Assembly (NCBI GenBank): GCA_044892525.1
Contig: CM097887.1
Span: 62,744,001-62,808,000, forward strand
Direction: 5' to 3'
From: Schmidtea polychroa
Lineage: Eukaryota
Length of the DNA: 64,000 bases
The notes under the pieces were generated by a model that saw only the letters and a program-made list of their open reading frames with translations, was not told the DNA's origin and made no database searches. The translations under genes were made by a program, and so were the position numbers. Below are positions 9,512 to 20,779 of this stretch, in pieces (position 1 is the stretch's first letter; each line of letters opens with the position of its first letter).

Positions 9512-9584
9512 TTATTTTTTAATTTATATAATTTAAAATCAATAATCTGATAAAGATCAACCCCGGAGTTTGATTGCGATCAAA

Positions 9585-9844
9585 AGTAGTGTGTATATAG
9601 CCCTATCCCAAATAGCCCTCTAACTTTTTCATAATGCCATTTTCTTTTCTATTCTCTTTTTAGTTTGAAGCTTTTGAGTTTGAGGCTTTAAAGATTAAGG
9701 GTGGTTATTGTTTAAAATATGGGGTTAAAATACTATAAAAACATAGGTTTTATGTTGTTTTTCTAATGGTTTAAGCGTAATGGAGGTATGTTTTTGTTGG
9801 GAGGGCTGTTTGGGTTGGGTATATATACACACTACTACTACTAC

Positions 9845-9845
<1 letters not shown>
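9585..9845. repeat. Inverted Polinton-type termini 261 bp apart
   Basis: AGTAGTGTGTATATA at 9585-9599 is the exact reverse complement of 9822-9836; weaker homology continues for about 40 nt more. Confidence 0.8.
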
Positions 9846-9877
<32 letters not shown>

Positions 9878-9910
9878 CAACAATACTAATAACGATAATA
9901 ATAATAATAA
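9846..9910. repeat. (AAT)n/(AAC)n microsatellite abutting the Polinton terminus
   Basis: Directly visible simple repeat. Confidence 0.95.
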
Positions 9911-9934
9911 ATGTAAATTAATATTTTTTTAAGA

Positions 9935-10600
9935 TACCTATGGGGGGAGGGGTCATTTATGAAAATGTACAATTTATAGTTTTAAATATAATATAAGTTA
10001 AATATATATTAAGATAAGCTAATTTAGTATATTTAGGTGGTAGTTGATGACTATATGATTTTGAGGGGGGTCATTCATAAAAATTTACAATTTACATTTT
10101 TAAATATAATATAAGTTAAATATGTATTAAAATAAGCTAATTTAGTATATTTAGGTGGTAGGGGATGACTATATGGTTTATGGGGGTCTTTGATGAAAAT
10201 TTTTCAACTATAATTTTAAAGGTAATCTAAGTTAAGTATATATATTAAATAGTCTAAATTAGTGTATCAGGTAGTGGTTAATGGTTATGTGAATTAAGGG
10301 GGGTCATTTATCGAAATTTTCTAAATTTATATCGTAAAGGTAAGGTATTAATGTATTTAGACAACAATTAATGGTTAGGTGACCTGAGGAATTATTAAGG
10401 TGGATAACTGTACATATATAAGTTAATTTATTACTATATATATTGTTCTCGACAAATGTATAGTTTGAGGGGGGTACTTATGAAAAAATGTAAATTATAC
10501 TTTTATAAGTTTCAGATATATAAGTTAGATTGTGAATCTGGATATTTGTTTCGACGATTGCGTAACTTGGGGGGGGGGGTATTTATAAAATATTTACCAC
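9935..10600. repeat. Degenerate tandem repeat, ~116-bp unit, 4 clear and 2 weak copies
   Basis: GGGGTC(A/T)TT recurs near 9950, 10067, 10183 and 10299, with a shared TAAGCTAATTTAGTATATTTAGGTGGTAG in the first units. Confidence 0.85.
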
Positions 10601-10639
10601 TTATTATAGATTATATTTTTATCGCTAACGTAGTTTATA

Positions 10640-11100
10640 TTTTATACTTTTATGACCAAATTCAGATTATAATTTATAGTCTTTCAGCTAATATAAATTT
10701 ATAACTTATATTTTTATGAAATTAAATTTATAGTTTATGTTTTTAAAGCTATTATAATTTTATAATTTATACTTTTGAGGTTATAATTTATATTTTATGA
10801 AGTTAAGTTAAATTTATAGTTTATATTTCTAAAGCTAATATAATTTTATAATTTATACTTTTATGAAGTTAAGATTATAATTTGTACTTTTATAATTAAC
10901 TTAGAGTTATAATTTTTATCGTCAATATAAATTTGTAATTTATAGTTTTAAGAAGTTAAATTTATAATTTATACCTTTATAACTAATCATAATTTATATT
11001 TTGAAGAAATTAAATCTATAAGTATAATTCATATTTTTATGAAATTGAGAGGATAATTTATACTTTTGTGGGTTACGATTTGTATTTTTATAGTTAGTTT
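10640..11100. repeat. AT-rich minisatellite-like array
   Basis: Recurrent TATAATTTATA(C/G)TTTT and GAAGTTAA units. Confidence 0.7.
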
Positions 11101-12729
11101 AGAGTCTATTCAATTTAAAATCCAAGTCTTGCTGATACGCATGTCGAACACCTTTATGAATACTATCACTACTAAATCAATCATTTTTAAAAAATCTTTA
11201 CTTTACACTATTACTAGAAAATTGATTTAAGACTTATAAATCTAGATTCGACAAACGTATAGGTAGAGTTGGTTCTTGATGATATTTAACCGTCTACATT
11301 AATTGTGAATTGTAGAGTTGTGATTAATTTAGGTCTGAGATCTACTCTGTTTATTACCCCTAGTGTATTGTATTGTGATGATTTTGGATGTAGATTTTAA
11401 CTATGTAAGTTATTCATGTATTGAAAGTCGGGAAGAGTGTTTGCTTTCGCGGCCCCACTGTGACCACTACGACAAACCTTACTGTTGTGTGGTAAGTCAA
11501 CCCTTTACGGCTGACCTATAATAAATAGGTAGAGTCAGACGGAGGATTTCATCGACTTAACTCCATGGCAGAACCATGGAGTGGTGCGACCTCCGAATGA
11601 CCTGAACAAAAAAAACTCAATAATATTGATAAGTGCGTGCCAGGCAGTGGCCTTTAATCATTGTGAGCTGCGTACCCATCAATGATAAAGTGCATAGGTG
11701 CAGGGTTGGCTGGGATCTCGCTTCAAAATCAATGATAACCGACGATCTCACTCAAACCTACATTTCTATAGTTAAAAAGAAATAATGAAAACAAGGTTTC
11801 AATAATAATAATTTATAATTCACAATGAAATCGTCCTTACCTACAATATCAGAAAAATCAAAACCAAAAATTTGGCATAAGAGTAAAAATATTCATTTGC
11901 ATTTTTTTTTCTTGAAAAGTGACGAAATGTTTTAGTTTATATAGCCTCTGTTTGACGTGTAAGTATACATGCGTGCATTGATGCAGTAAAACAAATTCAG
12001 ATTATTTTAATTCTCGAACATTCGATTTTTAATTTTTATCGATTTTGATGGCGATTTTTCAGTAAGAATTTTTGTTTTTATTTTTGAAATTTTATTTTCG
12101 AATTATTTTTTATTAAATTTGCGTCCATGATGGATTTCAGCATTTCCAGAACATTCCATGCTAAATTTAATCTATTTCTTATTTTTAAATTGTTTTTTAT
12201 GATTTCTTTTCTAAAATATTTATTTTTTAAACTAAAATATTTATTTTTTATAAATTTTATTGGGTCGTTTGGCGGTCATGATGGATTTCGCCATTTTTAT
12301 GAATTGTTCTGGATTTTTATTAAATATCGATATAATTTTCTTTACGTAAGATTTTATGAAGATTTTCTTTAATTTTCTTTTTTAATTTTTACTAATCGCC
12401 TTTATTCGAATTTGTTTTTTGTTGTTTTATGTCTTTCGGTTATATTTGAGTAAGTTTTCGTGTAATACTTCTTGCTCATGTTTTATTTTATTTTTAATTC
12501 AGATGTTTTATTTTTGGGTATATTATCTCTCTATTATCATTGTTTACTTGGTGTTTTATATATTTTTATTTAAGTAAACTTAATGCTGGGTATGCGTGTT
12601 GTGTACTGACACATTTCGTCCCATTCCTAACTTTGGGTTCAGAAATCAGTTCTAGCCCAACATTATTATAATTTATTGTAAAATCAACTTTCTATAGTAA
12701 GTCTCCAACCAACTCACGATGGAAGAAAT

Positions 12730-13320
12730 AAAAGTTTAAAAAATTAAATAAAGAAATTATTTAGAAAATAATAATACAATAAAATATGAAAAAATGGAAA
12801 AAATAAAGAATATATGATTAAAGGATAAAAACTTAATATAAAAGAGTAATCAAATTTAAAAAATTGTAAAAACTAGAGAAGCCTCCAGAAGATTTAATTC
12901 AGTGGATTGTGTCTTATCAGTCGAGATTGGAATATTCATTAGAACAACATCAACTTTATTCTATTCTTGGGCACATCCCGAAGTCAAAGTTTGATTTATT
13001 TTTTTTATCTTTATTTTTTATAAAATAATTTACATAGCATTTACATACAATCACCCCAACTTTCTCAAAACATCTTTTTAACCGAGACTCCGTCGGGTTC
13101 TACATTTGTTCCTACCTACAAACTTTCGATAAACAATCAAAATATTATTAAACTTTCTGGAGGCCTCTATTGCGTTGCAATTTTTAATCTTTCAATTTTT
13201 AAATTCGATTACTACTTTATATAAAGCTTTTTTCTTTAATCATATATTCTTTATCTTCTTCTTTTTTATGTTGTATTATTATTTTCAAATTAATTTTTAA
13301 ATTTTATTTTTTAAACTTTA
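12730..13320. mobile_element. Foldback/MITE-like element with ~165-bp imperfect inverted arms
   Basis: 12730-12895 is the reverse complement of 13152-13320 (e.g. GAATATATGATTAAAG / CTTTAATCATATATTC and GCCTCCAGAA / TTCTGGAGGC). Confidence 0.75.
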
Positions 13321-13429
13321 ATTTTTTGCATAGTAAGTTGGTTGGCTATAATAAATAATATTAATAATAATAATAGTAATAATCAACGTCCTCTCTAAGC
13401 TGCGCGTGGGCGTGGGCGCGCAGTACCAC

Positions 13430-15190
13430 CAGTGCTACCACGCAGTAAACGTGAATTCATGAATTTCTGCCCAGTTTCTCACACTAAAGAGGCCTGGAAA
13501 ATTGTGAATGTAAATTTTATCAACTGCAGCGGGAAACTGACTACCTATTCAGTTTTCAATGTTGCCGCTATATGTCGTTATAAACAAATGCTCACGACAA
13601 TCTACAATAGGATAACTGCCGGTTGCCATTATCCTTTTCGTCGCGGTCTCAAGGAAAGTTGAACACATATGGCTACGTGTCAGGTTGCCAAATTGCCACC
13701 ATGACAGGAATTAATTGAAATAGAAACTGTTGAATCGAAATTTCCTAAATGCGTTGAATTAGGGAGCATTTTAGCCTTTCTTTGGAGGAGGGTGTCATAT
13801 GCAAAATATGCTCAGAAGGAAAGTCTATTTGTGATTTTACTAACGGTAAATCATGGGAGTAATGGAAAATGGATTATTTGAAGGCATCTTATTTATAAGA
13901 TTCATTTGAATTCATGAACAAAATTGAAATGACTGAATTCTATAACTGGTGTATAAACTCTGCTAAATGAATTCGTCATCGACAGGCAGCTGCAAAGGGA
14001 ACTCAAACATCGTCAACGTACAGGTGAGCAAGTAAAACTTTAATAGACATTGCTTTCGGCACAAGAAATCCATGATCACATGACAAAGTACGCTATTATT
14101 CCAGAAAGTTGGAGAAATAGATTATGCGTTTGGATTTGTAGAATGCATCAATACTGTTGTACAAGAGACCATAATGTCTGAAATCCTTGAATCTGCCTTT
14201 CATACACTGATTGTGGATATATTAGTTAACAATAATGTTAATTATTTACATAAAATATCGCCCTCTAGCAACGACGTCACACAAAACACTCTATGCTGGA
14301 ATTGTTAAGCTAAATGCTTGCGATAGCAAATCAATCTTTTTAGCAATCAAACAGTTTTATCTAGAAAACAATCTGGACTTAAAGAAGATGGTCATGTTCA
14401 CTTCGGATGAAGCGTTAGTTATGCTCGGCAAGCGAAATGGGTTGTTGCTATGTTCCGTGCTGAAGTCTCTCATATATCAGAGAAGCACTGTGTAGACACA
14501 TCGAGAAGACTTAAGCATAGACGATGATTGAAAAAAATGACATTGATGAAGGACATTGAATTATTGCTTCGAAAAATTTATACAATGTTCAGTTGATCAA
14601 GTTCGAAAAAATCTGAATTCCAAGAATTAGCTAATGTTGCCGACCACGATATTGTCTCTTTCAGGCCGCTGAATAAAGTTCGATGGTTATCATGGCATTT
14701 TGCAGTGAAAGCTTTGGTTCGTAATTATTCGGCTTCAATTGAATATTTTACAAAATATGTGGAAGCTGATAACAATCCAATATCCAGCTTCAGCCTGAAG
14801 AAGCTGAAAAATCCTTAAGTTCATGTGGCAATTCCCGTTTTGAACGACGTTCTGACTGAACTTGTGGATTTGTGTTGGGTTTTTCAGAGGAGCTGCATTA
14901 CAAAAATTGAAGCGGTCCAGTTTGCCAGAGCAAAGATAAACAAATTGAAATCGTAATATTTAGAAGAAGAAATAAGCTGGAGCAAGGAGGTTGTGGATTT
15001 ACTTTTGAAAGACGGATATAAAGATGTTGACAATTCGACGATACTGAGATTTATTGAACGGGTTTGTAATCATTTGCAGGATAGATTTCCAGAAAAAGAA
15101 TTGAAGGAATGGGTGGCATTTGATAAGCAAACAATAAAATCAATCTTTCATTTCTCGGGTTCTTCATTGGATCAGATTTCCTATTAGCTC
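13430..15190 (+). pseudogene. Degraded hAT transposase (ZNF862-like)
   Basis: Fragments FTSDEALVMLGKRNG, HCV..R..L and VRWLS lie across broken frames; CAGTGCTACC end-like sequence near 13430. Confidence 0.75.
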
Positions 15191-15706
15191 GAGTTTTCTA
15201 TTAGCCAATTAATTAATTAATTAACGATTTTCTGTTTTTTTATACATTCGAATGCTTTTCAACCCTTTCTAACCATTTTCTGATAAATCCCTAATCACCA
15301 TCTTGTTGACCATTACCTAATCTATACCTGCCCGTTTTCGATTAAATTTCGATAAATTTACAATTTATTGATTTTTTCGGATTTCTTTAGAGTCGTTTCA
15401 TCTTGAATTTCTTTAATAGCTTGCAGTTTCTTTTTAAAATCAAAGTTTAAAAAATTTTGTTTTATTGGATAAACAATTTTTATTGGCATCAAAGATTCTG
15501 GGCTTTGAATAAAATATAATATTTGCAATAGTGATAGGCTGTATAATATAAAAAATGAGATCAAAAACAAAAGTTCATTATTATAAAACTTTTTATATGT
15601 AAGTTCTGTCATTTTTAATATTTGCCTTTTTGTTTAAGTACTATTTCTGATGATTCCCCTTTTTCAGCAGCGTAAGTAATTAAACATTATATAATGAAAT
15701 TTAATA

Positions 15707-16202
15707 CACCTAAACCTCGATTTGCATCTTTAATTGGGACCGTAGAAAGACGACACAAATCAAAATCATTTATCGTATATGTTTATACCAGTTTTTCATT
15801 AATTGGTATCTTGTAGTAAATTTCATGAAAAAAACCAAATTTTTTTAATAAAAACATGTTTTTATATCATAAGTGTATGAATATCAACAAAAACTTTAAT
15901 TCATTATAAATTAAAACACATTAAATAAAAAAAATTTTTAAAATTATTAAATTAAAAAAAAAGTTAGCTAAATTCATAAAAATTATAATTTTTACATTTG
16001 ATAATTTTTTAAATATTTTTTAATTTATTTTAAACTTAAAGACCTCACATTAAATAAAACAAATATTCAATAAATTTCACAGAAAGTATAATTTTTAAAA
16101 TAGCATACCTGTTTTATTCTGAACTTAAAGATATCGATAGTAATTAACGACGCAACTTCGAAAACGACGCAAATCGGAACGACGCAAATCGAGGTTTAGG
16201 TG
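15707..16202. mobile_element. Tc1/mariner (pogo-type) MITE
   Basis: 19-bp perfect TIR CACCTAAACCTCGATTTGC / GCAAATCGAGGTTTAGGTG with TA on both sides. Confidence 0.9.
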
Positions 16203-16270
16203 TATAATAGATAAAAAGATGCGATCAGCCGCATAACCGATACTTTTTGAAAATAATTGTATCTAATTAC

Positions 16271-17162
16271 TGTTTAAAAAATACTGATTTGATATTTTAA
16301 AGAATTTTGGATTCGCATTCTGACTTTGGTTCGTAAATGGGTTGACATATGTAACATGACAAACAAGAATAAAAGAATTCATTGTCAGAATGAAAGGAAG
16401 TCTGAGGAGGTGTTTTGATTGAACAAGCAAATGCTGTCGTTCGTTATATAAGTATAATTTCATATCCACCATATCATTTTCCACACCATCATGGACACAG
16501 GGAATGTATGCCCCTGGTAATATTGGAAATGCTTGTATACATATAGTTCTTGGAGGGGCTAGATAAATTAGATTGAAAATCATTAAAAAGTCTACAATAA
16601 CTATTATATGTTATGCAATTACCAAGGATAATAGTTTTCACAAATCGCGTATATTCAAAATGAGTTTTTCGAAACATTAAACCACATGCCAAGGAATACA
16701 CGCCACCAATTGTTTCTTTTGGAATTGTAAATGTTAAATTGTCTTTAATAAGCTGTGTCTCTCCGGAAATTTGCCGAAAATATACATCTGGTGACAAATA
16801 ACAATCAAAATGACATTGGATTTTGTCATTAGAAACATAAAATCCCTTATTAGGCTTACCCAATGTAAAGTTGTCGCATTCCTTAATAATTAAATACCTT
16901 GTGATAGTACTCGACATTGTAGGACGGTTGATGAAAGTTAAATTTGCAAATAATAATAGTATAAATGAACCAGTTTTAGCATAGCTTGGTATGGTTATAA
17001 TCGATCTATGATGAATGGCACTATGTACAAAGAAATTGTTTGTCAGTGTCAAGCCATCAAATACCAATTTATCCTGAGGATATCCATCGGCTATAATTTC
17101 TACTGAATTACCAATGTAAACCACATTGCTTGTTAAATTTAATCTAACATTTCTTGGAGGGA
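16271..17162 (-). CDS. Ig-superfamily domain exons of a host cell-surface gene (exons 17162-16623 and 16558-16271)
   Basis: Both exons are multiples of 3 with phase 1-1 GT/AG boundaries (540 and 288 nt), begin PPR.., and carry Ig-like Cys pairs (QCHFDC...LACG; IPCVHDG...LVCHVTY). The intron between them is 64 nt. Confidence 0.65.
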
Positions 17163-17202
17163 CTAAATATTAATAATAATTAGGAGTCTATTATTATTAT
17201 AG

Positions 17203-18648
17203 TAATGATATTACATTTAAGGCCAAAGACCAAATGTGAAGCAGTTCAGAGTATGTTGCGTAATCCAATGCAATGTGTTAGTTATTACGCAAAATGCATT
17301 ACTATTTAAGAGTCATCACTCTGTGTTAATAATTAAATAAATTAAACAAATAAAGACCAGTGTGAGCATGATGAGCGATTGTGAGAAGTTTTTAAAAGAA
17401 TACAAAAAACAGGACTAAGAATAAATCCGGAGAAGTGCGAAATTTACAAAACCAAATTAAAATTCCTTGGTCACACCGTCAGTGAAGATGGAATACTGAT
17501 GGAATAGAAGATCAAGTCAATTACAGAAGCGATGAAACCATAGTGTGCTAAACAACTTCGATCATTTCTTGGCAAATTACTATAGATGATTTGTCAAAGA
17601 TTATGCTAAATTAGCAGCACCCCTACATGCAGCAGCATCAAGATGTGATAAAACAAATTAATGATAAGAAAATTGTGAAAACAGTTTTAGACAACTTAAA
17701 GAAGTCATAACACAAGTTCCTATTCTTGATTTTCCTCGTATAGATCGTAAATTTATTTTGGATACTGATGCCAGTTTTGAAATAAAAGAAGACGGTTCAG
17801 AAATAGTTATCGCATACGATTCAAGAAATCTGACCACCCATGAAAAGGGATACTGCGTAACCAGAAAAGAGTTATTGGCATTGCATGAATATATTTTATA
17901 TTTTAGACAGTATTTATACGTGAAAGAATTCGTGGCTCAAACAGATCACAAAGCTATAGTATTTATGAACACGAAAAAAAAGCAATAAGTTCATAATTTC
18001 AGACATGGATGGCAAATCTATCGGAATGCGATCTCCAATTGAAATACCGGAAAGGTAAAGAACATGCAAACGCAGATGGATTATCAAACATCAAGGGTAA
18101 TTTTTGTGCACAGTGTCAGACACACATGTAAAACATAAACAAGAAGGATCAAGAGTAAGATATATCAATTTGATACAAAAAACACATACAATGTTAGAAA
18201 TTATGGAAGAACAGAAGAAAGGTAAATTGTTCCAGGAAGCGATTGAAATTCTTAGGAATCAGATAGATGTTTGGAAGGAATCTTTTCTAAATAGTTTTTT
18301 ATTCAGATATAAAAATCGGTTAAAGATATCGGATGATATACTTGTATTGGAATCAGACAAAACAAATCTCAAAAACCTATCAATCTAAACTAGTTATTAA
18401 AATACATGAAGATTTATGTCACGTCGGAATTAAGAAACTGTTTCATTATTTGGAAGGGAATTTTTTCTGGCCGAATGGTTAAAGAGATGGCATCAATCTT
18501 AAGAAGGGGACAGTAATGATATAAATTTAGAAGGCAAAGAACAAATGTGAAGCAGTTCAGAATATATTGCGAAATCCAATGCAATGTGTTAGTTATTGCA
18601 CAATATGCATTGATCACCCTGTGTTAATAATAAAATAAATTTTTAGAT
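17203..18648 (+). mobile_element. Internally deleted Ty3/Gypsy LTR retrotransposon
   Basis: Direct repeats of ~140 bp (17203-17341 and 18512-18648) flank the RT C-terminus (INPEKC..FLGH), RNase H (DTDAS..IAYDSR..KELLA..TDHK) and the integrase Zn finger (HEDLCHVG..FWP). A purine-rich tract AAGAAGGGGACAG precedes the second repeat. Confidence 0.85.
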
Positions 18649-18829
18649 NNNNNNNNNNNNNNNNNNNNNNNNNNNNNNNNNNNNNNNNNNNNNNNNNNNN
18701 NNNNNNNNNNNNNNNNNNNNNNNNNNNNNNNNNNNNNNNNNNNNNNNNNNNNNNNNNNNNNNNNNNNNNNNNNNNNNNNNNNNNNNNNNNNNNNNNNNNN
18801 NNNNNNNNNNNNNNNNNNNNNNNNNNNTC

Positions 18830-19529
18830 TGATGTCTTACACTTTAAAATATAAACAGCACAAGTTTTGTGATACCCAGTGCAAATCCCAATAGTAAACT
18901 AATATCTGCAAACTTGTAAACATGGCGTATGAAAAATCATACTCACCTCTGCAGATTTTCTGTGACCAAGTTAAGAAGCAAGTTATGTGATTTTCAGTGT
19001 ACCAGGAAACGTATGGAACAAAGCTGAATCAGCAATATTGTACCCTTACCTTGCGCAAGATATCACTGGATATNNNNNNNNNNNNNNNNNNNNNNNNNNN
19101 NNNNNNNNNNNNNNNNNNNNNNNNNNNNNNNNNNNNNNNNNNNNNNNNNNNNNNNNNNNNNNNNNNNNNNNNNNNNNNNNNNNNNNNNNNNNNNNNNNNN
19201 NNNNNNNNNNNNNNNNNNNNNNNNNNCAAAAAGTTTATACTTAACAACAAGCTGATAAAGGAAAGCCGTCCATGTATCAAATTGTAAGATTATTTTAATG
19301 GAACTACAACATGGTAACTTCGCATATTCATTAACCTTAAAAGTAGTATGATTTACCCTAATGAATTCGTTTTTCCAATAAAAATCTATGTACACAAAAA
19401 AAAACTTCGTAATGTTTTGAAATTCTTCGGTGAGCAGAACTGTAATTGTCTCGGATGCTTCTACATCGACATAGGTTACATTTGGCAGTAAAGGATTTTT
19501 GTCCGATTTATAAACCAATGGAAATATTA
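18830..19529 (-). CDS. Further exons of a probable Ig-type membrane protein (gapped; possibly a paralog or pseudogene)
   Basis: Open exon-like frame 19529-19227 after an AG acceptor; a short GTGAGT..TTGCAG intron precedes a hydrophobic ISLLLGFALGITKLVLFIF segment. Interrupted by an N gap. Confidence 0.35.
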
Positions 19530-20779
19530 CTTAATGAAAATATCATCAAAAAGTATCTATATATTTTCTATTATGAAAATTTTCTGAGCCTAATTTATTT
19601 AAGATTTTTATTTGAAAATGTTTAAATAATATACACAAATTGAAAGTGGTGTTGAAGGAACTCGAGTGTGAATCGAAACATTATTGTGAAAATAATAGAG
19701 TAGGAAATGTGAAAAAAGCAGTGCCGAAAATTCGTGAGTATTAAAAACATCGATACTGATTTATAGTCTTCAAGCTCTCTTTTTAATAAATGTAACACGA
19801 AGTTAATAATTGCAATAAATTAACCAATTACCACCCACTGTACTCACGTGGGTACACTTGTTAAAGGCGTGATTTCATGTTTTTCTATAATGATTATCCT
19901 AACCCATTTCAACAATAGATATCTCACAACTTTATGTTCACTACCTATATGTCACTACTTTATTCATATGTATTTTATTATATAGATGAGACTGCTAGAA
20001 CTCTTAGATTACGTGTAGTTTTTTTAAGTGTAGTTTTCTTTTGGGTGTTAATTGGTTAAAATAGTTTATATTAAGCGCTATACTAATTTATACAATACTT
20101 ACTACATCTGTAACTGTTTTTTTCGACATAAATGACAAATAAAGGAGATGGACAATTATATAAACTCTTCTTTAAACTCTTCTGTAAACAAAATGAAATA
20201 TTTTGGCTTCCAATTTTATCAAACTTGTAATTTGTACAACTGTGAGTGACAATATTAACTTGATATTTTGCTTTTTTACCGCCTAAAATATTTTAATGTT
20301 ATAACTGTAACTTTCTAAAATAACAATCAAACAATTCAATATTTTTCTACTCACCTTTGATTTGTTTTTATTTTTATTTACAATTTCATTTACCCCATTT
20401 AAATTAGAAAAATGAGATCTATCAAATAATTTTTTTAACACTTTGACAGGCACTATATATTCAAGGGGGTTCAAATGGTTTTGAAGATTCGTATTATGAC
20501 ACAATATAAAGCAGTGGTGCCCACTAATATTTTCCTAAGATCTACTTTTCAAATTGAATTTTTTTTATCATATTGTAGGCCTATGTGGCCATAAGCAGTG
20601 TGATTTTAGAATACAGAAGGATTATGTTTCACCGTTTTTAAGGAGTAATTTTTAAAAGTTTTCTTTAAATAGAAAATCTGCCGTAATCCAAATTAAATAT
20701 TTAATCACAATTTTGGACATTTTAATTTTTACTTTTGTATAGGAATGTAATATTAATAACAAGTGAAAAATAAAATACA

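Larger units (their letters stand above)
1..9845. mobile_element. Polinton/Maverick (adintovirus-like) endogenous virus, right-hand part, decaying
   Basis: Intronless, tightly packed cluster of ATPase, protease, penton and pPolB genes, ending in ...TATATACACACTACTACTACTACT (9831-9845), the ACTACT-type terminus of Polintons. The element runs off the left edge of the window. Confidence 0.93.

Noticed and set aside
18987-19287. ORFs spanning N runs
   Set aside because: Artefacts of translating through assembly gaps.
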